DNA of 64,000 nucleotides, taken from the IMG/VR virus record IMGVR_UViG_3300028601_000024. One strand, 5' to 3'. The notes under the pieces are model-generated. The model saw only the letters and a program-made list of their open reading frames with translations, had not been told where the DNA came from and did not search any database. The DNA is from an uncultured virus (IMG/VR IMGVR_UViG_3300028601_000024) (lineage: Duplodnaviria; Heunggongvirae; Uroviricota; Caudoviricetes). Positions 39,886-51,384 of the stretch are shown in pieces. The translations under genes and the position numbers were made by a program. Position 1 is the stretch's first letter, and each line of letters opens with the position of its first letter.

Positions 39886-40367
39886 TTATCCTCTTTCTTA
39901 ACTAGTTCATTATTATACGCTGTTAATAAATCAATTAATTCTAATTCAATTTGTCCAATGATTTTATAAACAACTTCTGTATTAATAGTGAAAATTAATT
40001 CATTTAAAACATCAACATATTGTATATACTGATCAATTCTAGATAAAATATTAAATTTTTCATTTAACATGTCATCCTTGATGCTTTCTCTAAGAATTTC
40101 TAATTTGCTACTTAAATCTATAATTTTTTCATAGAGCACAAACTGGACAAATTTATCTTCAGTTCCTATAAACTCAACAGCCATTAATTCCTCTTGAGTC
40201 ATTGGTTCTTCTTGTTCTTGTTCAGGTTGATTATTTTCTTGTTCGCTTGGTTCACCATGATCAGGTTGTTCATCATCACTATTGACCTCTTCTGCTTCAA
40301 GTAAAAGCAGAAGATTTGAATTGCATTCCTCTAGAACACTCCTTTGGTATTGAGTTAATTTTCTCAT
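39882..40367 (-). CDS. Acidic hypothetical protein, possible prohead core protein
   Basis: Directly downstream of portal; VLEE and LLEAEE sites plus a Glu/Gln-rich linker. Confidence 0.4.
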   Translation of the reverse strand: MRKLTQYQRSVLEECNSNLLLLLEAEEVNSDDEQPDHGEPSEQENNQPEQEQEEPMTQEELMAVEFIGTEDKFVQFVLYEKIIDLSSKLEILRESIKDDMLNEKFNILSRIDQYIQYVDVLNELIFTINTEVVYKIIGQIELELIDLLTAYNNELVKKEDK

Positions 40368-40383
40368 TATATCCCTTTATATT

Positions 40384-42501
40384 TTAATAACTTTGTCCAC
40401 CCTGTTGCGAAATTAAAGTATTCTTAGCTTGTTTCTTAATAAATCTTGTTCCGCTCTTAATCAATGCATCCCAATCCATACTAGGAAGATACATTTTATA
40501 AATTTCAAGTGGATCAACAACCACTTCAGCACTTTTTAGCATTCCTATAATATTCGTTATACTATTTATTAATGCTTCGTTCGCTTGAACAGTAAGAACT
40601 AGAGGAGGATTAAGTGATAAATAATAATAGTTACTGATTACAAAATCATTGCTCTCGTATCCATTATTTTTTAGAACTATATTGAATACCGAATTACTTA
40701 ATTGATTCATTGCATCATCAATACCTGATTGGAGACTAGAAATATTATTAGCAAAACTTGTATTTAAATTTACTAGAGTTTCTCTTAAATCTGCTTGATC
40801 CCCAATATTTAAATAAACACTTGGAATTCCAGTTGCAGCAATTAATTCATTTCTAAGATCATTTAAATCATTTAAAGGTAAACTTCTGTCACTCATAGGA
40901 ACTATTTCCATATCAATAAATCTTTGACCATTTACTTGAATAGTTGCTATATCTCTAAAGTCTGTTAAAACATTAGGAATATTTTTAATATTACTTAAAC
41001 TATCAAAACTAATACTTTTATTTTTAATATCAGCTTTTACTTTCTCCACTATTTCCGCATGATTCTTTTTATTACCCGCTTCAATTGTCCATTTTCTTAC
41101 AACACTTGCTCTCGACAATCTACTAACTATACTAGACATCAATGCTAGGTTATACATTTTAACTGGTTGTAAAATAGGATCATAGATACTTGTACCATAA
41201 GGAGCATACTTATCTATATTTGTGCTAAAATTAATAAGTTGATTAGGACTCAAAAATCTAAATTTTAATTTGCTATTTTCTTTAAGTTTATGATATAGAA
41301 TAATTTTAATACTACTCTCTACACTTTCGCTTAAGTCTAAATCTTTTATAGAATCATTATTTTCTCTTAAACGTTCATTAAGTTTATTAATAACACCTTT
41401 TGTCATATTATCAATTATTTCTTTTTGAACATCTTTCCCGCCTTTACTAGATTCTTGTTGAGTAAATCTTTTAAATACATCAATTTCGATACCTTGAAGG
41501 TCTTCATCTTCTTCAACAACTAAATATCCAAATAATATTCCATCTTGCTCAACCATAATCACTTTATTAGGATTAGTAATTTTTAAATATATATCTTTTA
41601 AACATTTAAAATCTAAGTCGCCGATGTCGTCGAATTTATATTCGCTTTGCTCAGATGTAAGATCATTAAACATATCATATTCGTTTTCTTGAATTAATTC
41701 TTTAGAACAGAGTAAGTCTTTGAATTGTTTATCTATTGAATCAACTGTATCAATATCTAATTCCCCTTCCTCTACTAACTCATTATCTTTGCTCTTATAA
41801 CTAGATTCAAAATAACACATACCTATTGGAGTTCTCTGCAATGTTGTTTCAGTAATTAATTCTTTACGAATATTTGTATTAAACATTTTTTCAAGATTAA
41901 CTACTTCAACATAGCTGTTTCCATATTTTAACATTTCTGGAACAATTTTAGATTTTAATTTATGTTGAATACTAAAATAAACTATAAAAGTTTTTAGGAA
42001 TTTTTTATAATTTTCACCTATATCTTGTTTATTGCTATTTAAAAAGTTTAAATTATTTTGATTAGTATTAATATTAATAAATTGTTTATTTTGAACATTT
42101 TTATTTAAAATATTATCAACATATACTTTAAGCATTCTATGAGCAATATAATTAATATTAGGAACTTCTTCATAATGTTGATAACGTTTTCTCCGTTCAT
42201 TCGGAATACTAAGATCATTAGCATTACCTAGTATGTCATTATTTGACGCGTTTAAAACATCTAATGTGTCATCATCAAGGGTAGTCTCTATTTTTTCTTT
42301 CTTGCGCATAGACTTACTTAACTCTTCGATTTCGATAGATTGTATCTTAGCACTATATAAATTATTACCACTTAAATTTGAAATAGTATTACTATAAATA
42401 TCTCCGAATTTCTGATCAATATCACTAAGTGCATTTACGGAATCTAATGTTCCTTTTGCAGTTGGTTCGGTTGACTCTGTTTGTTCTTCATTTCCCCACA
42501 T
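40384..42501 (-). CDS. Portal protein (T4 gp20-like)
   Basis: PYGTSIYD, SRLSRA, DLRNELIAATGIPSVYL and FANNI motifs; 705 aa with an acidic insertion. Confidence 0.88.
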   Translation of the reverse strand: MWGNEEQTESTEPTAKGTLDSVNALSDIDQKFGDIYSNTISNLSGNNLYSAKIQSIEIEELSKSMRKKEKIETTLDDDTLDVLNASNNDILGNANDLSIPNERRKRYQHYEEVPNINYIAHRMLKVYVDNILNKNVQNKQFININTNQNNLNFLNSNKQDIGENYKKFLKTFIVYFSIQHKLKSKIVPEMLKYGNSYVEVVNLEKMFNTNIRKELITETTLQRTPIGMCYFESSYKSKDNELVEEGELDIDTVDSIDKQFKDLLCSKELIQENEYDMFNDLTSEQSEYKFDDIGDLDFKCLKDIYLKITNPNKVIMVEQDGILFGYLVVEEDEDLQGIEIDVFKRFTQQESSKGGKDVQKEIIDNMTKGVINKLNERLRENNDSIKDLDLSESVESSIKIILYHKLKENSKLKFRFLSPNQLINFSTNIDKYAPYGTSIYDPILQPVKMYNLALMSSIVSRLSRASVVRKWTIEAGNKKNHAEIVEKVKADIKNKSISFDSLSNIKNIPNVLTDFRDIATIQVNGQRFIDMEIVPMSDRSLPLNDLNDLRNELIAATGIPSVYLNIGDQADLRETLVNLNTSFANNISSLQSGIDDAMNQLSNSVFNIVLKNNGYESNDFVISNYYYLSLNPPLVLTVQANEALINSITNIIGMLKSAEVVVDPLEIYKMYLPSMDWDALIKSGTRFIKKQAKNTLISQQGGQSY

Positions 42502-42509
42502 TATATCTC

Positions 42510-42956
42510 CTATTGTTTATAAAATGATTCAAGTGATCGAGTATTATATGAATCACTTTTATATTTGATTTCTGCTGCATTGTATGCTTTCAAAAATGAT
42601 TGATGAATATACAAAATAATCCCTTGCTTTGAAAATACTTCAAGTATTCTATCCTGCATATCCTTATTAAGCATCTTTGTTACATCAATATAATATTGCT
42701 CTTTTAATTCATGTAACATTTTATTATCTAAACTTTTACCATTTATCAAATAAGGTAAAATTTGACCACTTAAATAAAATTCAAATTTATCCAATAGTAT
42801 CTTATTTAAAAAATCATATGTGGAGTGAAGAGTCATAATATCAACTTTTTCAATTGGAGGGTTGCTCTTAGGTAGTCCTCGTAGTCCTCGTAGTCGTAAA
42901 ACTATATCAATCATTGTTAATATAATCAAAACAATTATTACAATAATGTATTCCAT
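42510..42956 (-). CDS. Hypothetical membrane-anchored protein
   Basis: N-terminal hydrophobic stretch YIIVIIVLIILTMIDIVL. Confidence 0.6.
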   Translation of the reverse strand: MEYIIVIIVLIILTMIDIVLRLRGLRGLPKSNPPIEKVDIMTLHSTYDFLNKILLDKFEFYLSGQILPYLINGKSLDNKMLHELKEQYYIDVTKMLNKDMQDRILEVFSKQGIILYIHQSFLKAYNAAEIKYKSDSYNTRSLESFYKQ

Positions 42957-42968
42957 GTTATTCCTTTA

Positions 42969-43124
42969 TTATGTGTTTCTAATTGGTTCTTTATTTTTAT
43001 TTTCGTCTTCAATTTTTTTCATAATATATTTTATATCATCTTTTAATTTAACAACGACGCCTTCTTCAAATATTGGCTGATCGATTAATTCATCTTCCGG
43101 CAATATTGGATCATTATTCTCCAT
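42969..43124 (-). CDS. Small hypothetical protein (51 aa), not in ORF track
   Basis: Manual translation MENNDPILPEDELIDQPIFEEGVVVKLKDDIKYIMKKIEDENKNKEPIRNT; AAGGGGG RBS; fills the gap. Confidence 0.6.
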   Translation of the reverse strand: MENNDPILPEDELIDQPIFEEGVVVKLKDDIKYIMKKIEDENKNKEPIRNT

Positions 43125-43138
43125 TTAGTCCCCCTTTT

Positions 43139-44272
43139 TTATAATTTGATACTCAGTAGTTTATTACCATTATTATTTAATAATGATGTATTTATAGTTG
43201 ATGGTGTATTAACCAGCATATTATTGTAATTCTTTTGCCCTGCAGCTGACGTCATACTGATACTTGAGTTGGCACTCGTTGCAAACCCCAAAGCAAGTGG
43301 AGCAATAGTCATTCTTATATCAACATTTAAAGGTTGATTAAATCTATTAAATTGTGTATCTGTCCCACCTCGAGTGATAGTCATAGATTCAATAGCTCCT
43401 AATTTCATACCATTTAAACCACTAGCAGTTATTTCCCAAATAGGAGGGAATCCAAAGTTTATACCATCTAAAGTTATTGGACTCGACATTGCAAATAATG
43501 TACGCAGTGGAGTATTTATATAATTATTTATATCTTGTGGATCACCTGTTGGAGACACTAGTTTTATCAATACTTGCATTGTATTTGTATAATCACTTTT
43601 TACCCATGTTCTAGGTAATGCACTTTGAAAATTTAATACCTTCCCTAATGCAAATAAAGAAGTTGTATTATCTACCTTGCCCCCTTTTTGTGCATTTTGA
43701 ATAGCATTCATATATTCTAGACCTACTTGACTAGATAGGTGTCTGGAAATATTCATTATATTTTGAGTTTTTCCAATAAGTCCTTTACTAAATACATCAT
43801 TAGCTAATGTATTTATATAATTCGAATCAAAATTATTACTAAGAATTTCACTTACAGTTGAATCATTAGTACATATTAATTTAATAACTTTCTCTTGTGG
43901 AAGCATATTGTGTTTTGCAATATTTTCCCACATTAAATTAGCTGTAAGTCCAGTAACTCCTATTTTCCCTCCACCTGTACTATACATGGTTTTTACAATA
44001 TCTGAAGCAGCGTGAATAGTTGACTCTTTCTTTCCTTTAACTGCCTCGATTATATTATCCGCAAAATTAACAACTCCTGTTACAAATCCAGATACTCCAT
44101 CAGTTACTTTCTCCAAATCAGTCATTTTAATTTCATATCCAGTAGGTTTAAATGTTATATCTGTTAAGTTATTTAACAACCTATTTTCATATTTAATTCC
44201 TTGTTCACCCTTCTGTAATTCAATATTACTAATATTTGAATTATACGCTGGTATTTTTCCTATTACAAACAT
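43139..44272 (-). CDS. Baseplate / tail-tube initiator-like protein (gp48/gp54-like)
   Basis: LPRTWVKSD...FPP...GAIESMTITRGG...PLNVDIRMTI; follows the tape-measure-like gene. Confidence 0.55.
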   Translation of the reverse strand: MFVIGKIPAYNSNISNIELQKGEQGIKYENRLLNNLTDITFKPTGYEIKMTDLEKVTDGVSGFVTGVVNFADNIIEAVKGKKESTIHAASDIVKTMYSTGGGKIGVTGLTANLMWENIAKHNMLPQEKVIKLICTNDSTVSEILSNNFDSNYINTLANDVFSKGLIGKTQNIMNISRHLSSQVGLEYMNAIQNAQKGGKVDNTTSLFALGKVLNFQSALPRTWVKSDYTNTMQVLIKLVSPTGDPQDINNYINTPLRTLFAMSSPITLDGINFGFPPIWEITASGLNGMKLGAIESMTITRGGTDTQFNRFNQPLNVDIRMTIAPLALGFATSANSSISMTSAAGQKNYNNMLVNTPSTINTSLLNNNGNKLLSIKL

Positions 44273-44283
44273 TGTATTCCTTT

Positions 44284-47200
44284 TTAATTTGATATATCAG
44301 TTGAACTTCTTAATAACTCATGCAAGTCTACTAATTTAGATGGATCTTTAGTTAATTGTTGAACTTGATTAACAATCGCAGCTGATGTTTGAGTATTAAC
44401 CCCACTTACTTCTATGAAAGTTGCAACCAATTGTTCCATCAGTTCTTTTTGTTTATTAATTGTGTCTTCCAAAGCTTTAGCTTTACGATCATCTCCTTTA
44501 CTAAGAGCTTCTAATCTAGCTAATTCCATCTTATCCATCAACTGTTCTTTTTGATTAATTTGCTGATTCAATTTTGATATATTTTTAAATTCAGTTAATT
44601 CTGCTTGAGTAGATCGATGCATTGAACTACGATTATGTGTCGCATTATATTTTTGTTGCTCATAAGAAGCTTCTCGTGAATTTAAATACTCTTCGGGTGA
44701 ATATTCAGATTGAGGACCTTTAACTCTAACTGTAATTGATTCACCTGTTGCGTATCCGATAATACTACCTTTAGCTACATTAGTTCCAACTTTTAAATCA
44801 CTAGTGATTCCAGAATATATAACTGTTAGATTATTATTTGAATCAAAAATATTCAACGTAGTTGAATTTTCACTAATTGTTCCATTTCCTAAACTTGATA
44901 TTGCTTGTCCGGGATAAGTATCATATGTTACACTTTTTCCTTGAACACTTAAACCGAAATTTGCCCAAGCTAAATTACTTTCTTTCTTTGCAACATTTAA
45001 TGAATTTTTTAATCCACCACTTTGTAAAAATTCTTGTTGTAGTTTAACCCTAGCTTCCCCTGTTATACTAGGATCAATATTTTGTACAAATAATTTAAAG
45101 CTCTCGAGTAATTCTCTATTACCTTTATTTTTCTCACCTTTGAAAGCATCATCTTCGTTTAATAATCTATCAATTACGGAAACATCCTTATAAGCTAGTT
45201 CATCAATAAAGCTCTTTGTCAAATTACGTTTATGTGAAAATGCACTTGGTTTTTTGCTTATATTTTTTGGCGTAAGGCTATTAATACTACCTTTTTCTTT
45301 TAATGCTTGCTTAGCAGCGCTCATTAGTTTAGCTTCATTAGATGATGTGTAAAAATCACTATCTAAGTCCGCTATCATATATTCTAATTGTTCAGCTGTG
45401 TAATTTTGTTTTAGATAATTTACTAACTGTTTCTGATCATTAGAGTATTGGCCAGCTAATAATTCAAGGCGTTGTCTATTAGCATCTACTCTTTCCTTAT
45501 CCTTATCGCTAACTTTACTATCAATTACATCTATATCACTTACTTTATCGTTTGTAACATAATCATATAATTCATATGCCATATAAAGAGCACTTGCTGC
45601 AGCAATAGCAGTACCAATAAATGGAGCCATCGGAGTAGCTAGCCCAGGGAGTAAAAATCCAATTACTCTACCCATCAATCCAGCTGCTTTCCCAAACATT
45701 CCTTTTTTGAAGAATCCTTTGACACTTTCAATTAATTTTCGAGCACCTGCTAATTTACCTTTACCTTTAGTTGGACTTTTACTTCTTTTATTTTTTCCGT
45801 CTCGTCCACCTCCAAGTCCTCCCATCATAGCATATGTATCACCCTCTTGTGATTCTTGCTGATCTTGTTGATCTTGTTGAGGTTTATTAATACGTTTCGA
45901 CTTGCTTTCACATCCGAGACATGTCAGAATCTCTTCTAATAAAAATATTTTTCTTTCTTCTAGACTTATTCGATATTGATAATCCGTTTCTCTTTTAACC
46001 CTATCTTGTATATCTTGAGCGGACACAGAATCATTATCGCTTATATTATCGCTTATATCACTACTTATATCATTTAATCGAGAATAGATATCATATCCAC
46101 CTTTATTCATTAAAAATTGTTGATCTTTTTTAAATTTTCGGCGTTGTCTAGCTTTAACACTATCTTCATCGTAAAATAATTGTTGAAAGAATGATGTAGG
46201 TCCCTTAATAAAATCTAATTGATTTTCTAAATTCTCAAATAAATCGAATAGATGATTTTGATGACCTGCGTCATTCATCATTCTACCTGTAAATTTATTC
46301 ATAGTTAATGTTTCTAATTGTGATCGATGAACTGGGCCTGCCATAGCCTCAAGGCTTTCCATTTGACTTAAATTATATTTTAATAATAATTCAAATCTAT
46401 CTGGGAAATCATATCCTAAATAGGTAGCCATTCTTTGCTGAGCATCCATTTCAGTAGCACCGATTGCTCGTAGTAAACTATTTGGATCATTCAATGCATC
46501 ATTACCCATTGAATCATAAAGGTTATTAAAAAATGCTTTAAATGGATTTATTGTATCGCTTTTACTTAATGAATCAATAGTATCACCTAAGTAATCACTA
46601 GCACTATTAATCATCTTAATAGAACCACTTACCATGTTCCACCCAGGAAGATATCCAAGTAATTCATCAATATTTCTTAACGCTTGTTTACCCATTGTAA
46701 ATGAATTTATTTCAGCTTCTTGTTCTTCAAATTCAATTCTATCTTTAATATCGCGTAATAGTCCATGAGATCCGACATTTGATAAACCGAATCCATTAGT
46801 TCTAATATTAAGTAATTCATGTGCACTAAATTTATTAATTTCAACACCGAGTCCGATTAAGGAAAGTAGTTTTCCTTCATATGTGGCATTTGTATCAATT
46901 ATCTGACTAGGAGTTGTATGTATTGCTTTGACCATACTTGTTGGAATTTTAAATTGACTTCCAAATTCTTGTTCAGCTGCAAATGGATTTTGTAATTTAG
47001 CTTTAGTATTTGCCTCATTATATAATTTAGTACTACTTTTTCCTTGAAGAGTGTTACCAATTTGTCCAAAGATATCAAACGTAGCATTTAAATTACTAGT
47101 TCCAAGTTCTAGTGCGGATAAGAATTGAAAGAATTTTCCAGTTTTCTTTTTATTTTGCTGATCATAGAAATCATTTGCACCATCACTTCCAAATAGTTCA

Positions 47201-48159
47201 TCTAAAGTATTCTGAGCACCGTTTCCACCCTCTTTATTCTTAACACTTTCATTATCTATTATTGTTGATGTAAGCATGGGAAGCACACTGGTGTGTCCTT
47301 CGATCATTCCAAGAATATCTGCAAGTAATGCATCGCCTGGTTGTAAAACATTCATCTCTTGAAGCATTTTGATGCGTCTGCGAATATTATCAGTACTACC
47401 ATAATCTTTTTCAAGTTGATGAGGACTAGTGAATTGAGTAGTTGTGCTTAATTTATCTTTTTTAAGATTAATTGAACTACCTTCTTGGAATTTATTATAT
47501 AATGCTTTACTACCTTTACTAGCCGCAACAAGGGCGCCCAGTCCTGCTACCATAGGATTTATTCCACCCATCATAGCGCTAGCACCCTCTAATCCTAGCA
47601 TATTAAGTCCGCTACCAAGTGCTCCAGTAGTTGCCCCACCTAGTTGCTCTAGTCCACCCGCCATTTTCATAGCAGCTATACCACCACCTGCTGGTCCCAT
47701 AGCAAAACCAGTATTTCCGAATAAACTTCCTATTGGATTACTTACACCTGCGGCATTTAATAAATATCCGGTTTTTAAGAAATTACCCGCATTTTTAATT
47801 GCTCTTGATCCACTTCCTAATGAATCTATTGTTTGATTACCACTGTAACCACTTTGGTGAGCAATCTGTTTATTTAAGGCTGCTTCTTTTTGAGAATTAT
47901 TAACATCTCTAGATTTTTGTGGTGTCATGGTTCCTAGATACGCAGCACTTAACGCTTGAGTAATCTGAGCAGCATTATCAACTCCTAGACTATTTGCTAA
48001 TGCATCACCTGCTGCGATACTTCCTATTTTAGCCATTCCTACAAATGGTTTTACAGGTCGTATAGTATTATCTAGCTTGCCTAATAAATCATCTTTCTTT
48101 TTAGAAGCATCTTCTAAATTAAAAAATTGCTTCAATTTCATTAGTTCCTGATTTGTCAT
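44284..48159 (-). CDS. Tape-measure-like / baseplate hub protein
   Basis: 1291 aa; Gly/Ala-rich helical and hydrophobic segments; coiled coils; degenerate M23-like segment LKVGTNVAKGSIIGY. Confidence 0.55.
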   Translation of the reverse strand: MTNQELMKLKQFFNLEDASKKKDDLLGKLDNTIRPVKPFVGMAKIGSIAAGDALANSLGVDNAAQITQALSAAYLGTMTPQKSRDVNNSQKEAALNKQIAHQSGYSGNQTIDSLGSGSRAIKNAGNFLKTGYLLNAAGVSNPIGSLFGNTGFAMGPAGGGIAAMKMAGGLEQLGGATTGALGSGLNMLGLEGASAMMGGINPMVAGLGALVAASKGSKALYNKFQEGSSINLKKDKLSTTTQFTSPHQLEKDYGSTDNIRRRIKMLQEMNVLQPGDALLADILGMIEGHTSVLPMLTSTIIDNESVKNKEGGNGAQNTLDELFGSDGANDFYDQQNKKKTGKFFQFLSALELGTSNLNATFDIFGQIGNTLQGKSSTKLYNEANTKAKLQNPFAAEQEFGSQFKIPTSMVKAIHTTPSQIIDTNATYEGKLLSLIGLGVEINKFSAHELLNIRTNGFGLSNVGSHGLLRDIKDRIEFEEQEAEINSFTMGKQALRNIDELLGYLPGWNMVSGSIKMINSASDYLGDTIDSLSKSDTINPFKAFFNNLYDSMGNDALNDPNSLLRAIGATEMDAQQRMATYLGYDFPDRFELLLKYNLSQMESLEAMAGPVHRSQLETLTMNKFTGRMMNDAGHQNHLFDLFENLENQLDFIKGPTSFFQQLFYDEDSVKARQRRKFKKDQQFLMNKGGYDIYSRLNDISSDISDNISDNDSVSAQDIQDRVKRETDYQYRISLEERKIFLLEEILTCLGCESKSKRINKPQQDQQDQQESQEGDTYAMMGGLGGGRDGKNKRSKSPTKGKGKLAGARKLIESVKGFFKKGMFGKAAGLMGRVIGFLLPGLATPMAPFIGTAIAAASALYMAYELYDYVTNDKVSDIDVIDSKVSDKDKERVDANRQRLELLAGQYSNDQKQLVNYLKQNYTAEQLEYMIADLDSDFYTSSNEAKLMSAAKQALKEKGSINSLTPKNISKKPSAFSHKRNLTKSFIDELAYKDVSVIDRLLNEDDAFKGEKNKGNRELLESFKLFVQNIDPSITGEARVKLQQEFLQSGGLKNSLNVAKKESNLAWANFGLSVQGKSVTYDTYPGQAISSLGNGTISENSTTLNIFDSNNNLTVIYSGITSDLKVGTNVAKGSIIGYATGESITVRVKGPQSEYSPEEYLNSREASYEQQKYNATHNRSSMHRSTQAELTEFKNISKLNQQINQKEQLMDKMELARLEALSKGDDRKAKALEDTINKQKELMEQLVATFIEVSGVNTQTSAAIVNQVQQLTKDPSKLVDLHELLRSSTDISN

Positions 48160-48177
48160 TTAACACCTTTTTATCTT

Positions 48178-50025
48178 TTACATAATTATATAATCATCAA
48201 GACTCAGCTCTCTTTGAACATTTATTCTATTACCTTGTTTATCATACTTCTCAAAAATTATTTCCTCATCTTGTTGGCGACTTTCAAAATAATTTCCTTC
48301 ACCAAACACTGCTCCTATGAATGAATTCATTGATTCAGCTGTTAATTGGAATGCTGTTATTTCTCCATCAACTATTATTTCACCACTTGTAATCATTAAT
48401 TTTCGAACATATAAACAGAAGTTAAAAGCCATAACCACGTCATCATGATTGCTTTTACTAGCTTCTATTCTACCATTCGTTTTCTGAACTAAATTTCTTA
48501 ATTCACTAATTAATTCATTTGAGTGAATAAATGTAGGATTTTGATTTACATGATTCATCAACTCACTAAACATTTGATCTCTTCTACCATTACCTAGTTT
48601 GCCTGCATTACCTGTCCAGAATCCATAAACTAAATCACCATTAGCCATAGAATCTTGCCACACATAACTTGCATAATCGAAGTCATCAGTCATAGGATCA
48701 TTATAAACTAGTTCTTCAACTACGCCTTTACCGAATGAGTTTCTTTCAATAATAACAATAAGATTATCACTTGTTAAATTATAGTATTGATTTAGTCCTT
48801 TTACAGCGTGTTTTAATAAATGACTAAATTTCTTAACAACACTAAATTTACCCTTCCATACTCCAACTTCTTGACCACTAATAGCATCCATTAAACTTAG
48901 AGAACAGAAGTCACTATTTACTCCAGTACTAGCACTCGTATCTGCCCCGAGCAGGTAAGTCCTAGAAGGATCTATATCACTAAATAATTTAAATTTATTA
49001 CCAAATGGTAAAGTGATTTCACTAAATGGTTTCTTGATAATTAATTCACTAATAATTTCATCACTAAAGATACTATCACTACTACCAAGGAATGCTAAGT
49101 CAAGCTCCTGATTAATTCGTCGCTGATTAAAGTTCAAGTCTTTGCATTGTTGTTTATACCAACTTTCATCTCTATGAGTTTCGCTCCAATGAATTTGAAC
49201 ACTAATAAATGAGTTTGACTCATCTGTAAAATGTTCTTCATAATTTTCATACATTACTTTATTTTCGAAATCATATAAATCATCAATGGATACACTTCGT
49301 TGTAGCATTTGATAGAATGTATTTTCTCCTCCACCATTTGGAGTACTAACAGCAAGTACTAATGTGGGATAACCGTTACGTTTAGCATGCATCCTCGCAG
49401 TAGCAACTGATGGTTGCATTGAACTATAAACCAGATCTGCGTGATTACAGAACGCAAACTCATCGAGGATAATAATTGATTGGCTAAGTCCACGACCAGC
49501 TTTATTCGGATCAACTGCTCCACTGATAAAGCTTGTTTTAAATTTACTATCATTTTTCAAATACATATATGTAGCTTTAGCAGCCTTACTCGCATTCGGA
49601 ACTTGCATCCAATAAGGAAGCGAATCACTAATTCCTGTTAATCTCACAACTGCATCTTTTGCTAGACTACTATCCAACGTAAGGAACATAATTTCTATAC
49701 CAGGAAAAAATATCATTGCCCACATGGCATACATTAAAGCCATTGTTGATTTACCAATTTGCCGACTACTTAGTAATAGTACTGCATCTTCATGTTCAAA
49801 TAATTTAAATAATATTCTAAATTTAGGACTACTCTTCCACTGTTCACTTGTTCCCATATGAACATTACCACCCGTTACAGGCGCATACGCATATGTCTCT
49901 ACCCAATATAAAAGACTCATTCTGCACTTTAGTTTTTCTAAAGCAATTTCTTCTTTACTTAGATTATTATAATAATCCATTCCTTTATATTCTCGACCAT
50001 CTATAAAGGTTAATACTTCTTCCAT
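48178..50025 (-). CDS. terL: Terminase large subunit (T4 gp17-like)
   Basis: Walker A SRQIGKST, Walker B IILDEFAF, STPNG, nuclease motifs GADT and HDDVVMA. Confidence 0.95.
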   Translation of the reverse strand: MEEVLTFIDGREYKGMDYYNNLSKEEIALEKLKCRMSLLYWVETYAYAPVTGGNVHMGTSEQWKSSPKFRILFKLFEHEDAVLLLSSRQIGKSTMALMYAMWAMIFFPGIEIMFLTLDSSLAKDAVVRLTGISDSLPYWMQVPNASKAAKATYMYLKNDSKFKTSFISGAVDPNKAGRGLSQSIIILDEFAFCNHADLVYSSMQPSVATARMHAKRNGYPTLVLAVSTPNGGGENTFYQMLQRSVSIDDLYDFENKVMYENYEEHFTDESNSFISVQIHWSETHRDESWYKQQCKDLNFNQRRINQELDLAFLGSSDSIFSDEIISELIIKKPFSEITLPFGNKFKLFSDIDPSRTYLLGADTSASTGVNSDFCSLSLMDAISGQEVGVWKGKFSVVKKFSHLLKHAVKGLNQYYNLTSDNLIVIIERNSFGKGVVEELVYNDPMTDDFDYASYVWQDSMANGDLVYGFWTGNAGKLGNGRRDQMFSELMNHVNQNPTFIHSNELISELRNLVQKTNGRIEASKSNHDDVVMAFNFCLYVRKLMITSGEIIVDGEITAFQLTAESMNSFIGAVFGEGNYFESRQQDEEIIFEKYDKQGNRINVQRELSLDDYIIM

Positions 50026-50101
50026 AATTTTCCTTTAATAGTTTTTAAATATTTAATTTATTAAACATATAAAAAATATTTGGTTAAAAGATAAATATCT
50101 T

Positions 50102-50359
50102 TTAACCATGTCCTTGGAGTTTCATTTCATTCTTAGCCATAATTGCGTCTTTGCTACTAATTCCCGACTTCGATGCGCGTAATGCATCCAGTTGTTTCTT
50201 TTCACTCATCTCTTGATTAGTTTTAGCATTTAAGCCCTTCATGTTTAAAGCCTGCTCCGCTACAGAATTTGCATCTATAGTTCCTCCAAACTTAGCAGAG
50301 TTAACTGCTAAGTCGTGCAAACTCTCACATAACAATGTTTTATTAATAATAAATTTCAT
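50102..50359 (-). CDS. Small protein with shared MK..NK.LL.E leader (putative internal head protein)
   Basis: N-terminus MKFIINKTLLCES. Confidence 0.55.
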   Translation of the reverse strand: MKFIINKTLLCESLHDLAVNSAKFGGTIDANSVAEQALNMKGLNAKTNQEMSEKKQLDALRASKSGISSKDAIMAKNEMKLQGHG

Positions 50360-50362
50360 TAT

Positions 50363-51355
50363 TTATCCTATTACCAATTCTCTTTTAAAATTAAGTACCA
50401 GTTCTTCTAAACGAAGTTGTTTATCTTTCTCAATATTAATTACATTAAATAATGGGCTTTTATATATAGAGCTGATTAAATAACTGATTAGTTCACTAAA
50501 GGATCCTTGCATCATATCAATTAGTTCTTCACCTCCGACATTTCTATAACTGTTAATAATTACACTTTCGGTAACATTTACAATTTGAGCTTTTGTATAA
50601 ATTTGAGCCAGATGCTTTAATTCATCAAATGCAGCCGGTCGAACATTTACTAAGAATTGAACTTCTTCTTTACCATACATTCTACTTAATTTAGCCAAAA
50701 TAGTTTGACCATTTTGGGTAGTAAATAATCTAGCAAACATATAATCAAGAATAATATTAATTTGAGGAGTGTTTGGAATACTTAAACGATCATTTACTTT
50801 ATAGCTAATGCTTTTAAATATTTCATATGTTGTTTCAAATAATTTATTTTTACCTTTGCCTTGTAATCCTATATCACTAAGTTTATGAATATAAAGAAAA
50901 TAATAAGCATCAATAAGTGAAAAATAATCTATACTATCAATTATATCTTCTTGGATTCTAACAATTTCTCTTTTTAGTCTATTCATTTGCAATTCACTAG
51001 TATCTGTGATAGTTGTTTTTACACGACTTAATTCAGCATTAGCTCGATGCATATCATTGACTTTAGTCATAACATCATTTAGATCACTTATTTTTAATAT
51101 ACTACCTATATCAACTATTAGCCCGCTTAGCTTTTTATCGTTGCCAAAATATGTTCCAAATTTAGCTAATTCTGTTTGTGTTAAATCTTGACTACCCACT
51201 CCAATTAGCAACATCTCTTTTAACATAAGAGGATGCAAAGCTCTTGTCTTATGACTAGTTCCTAATTTTTGTAGAGTTATTTTAATATTATTGTAAAATT
51301 TATTCTTAACCGTCTCATCGGTTAATTTGATTATCTTTATATCTATGATCGCCAT
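50363..51355 (-). CDS. Hypothetical protein
   Basis: 330-aa ORF with AAAAGGA RBS; no motif recognised. Confidence 0.6.
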   Translation of the reverse strand: MAIIDIKIIKLTDETVKNKFYNNIKITLQKLGTSHKTRALHPLMLKEMLLIGVGSQDLTQTELAKFGTYFGNDKKLSGLIVDIGSILKISDLNDVMTKVNDMHRANAELSRVKTTITDTSELQMNRLKREIVRIQEDIIDSIDYFSLIDAYYFLYIHKLSDIGLQGKGKNKLFETTYEIFKSISYKVNDRLSIPNTPQINIILDYMFARLFTTQNGQTILAKLSRMYGKEEVQFLVNVRPAAFDELKHLAQIYTKAQIVNVTESVIINSYRNVGGEELIDMMQGSFSELISYLISSIYKSPLFNVINIEKDKQLRLEELVLNFKRELVIG

Positions 51356-51384
51356 AGGTGTTCCTTTTATGAGAATTTATTTAT

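Noticed and set aside
48178..50025. Intein or intron in the terminase
   Set aside because: 615 aa with contiguous ATPase and nuclease motifs; no intein or LAGLIDADG signatures noticed.
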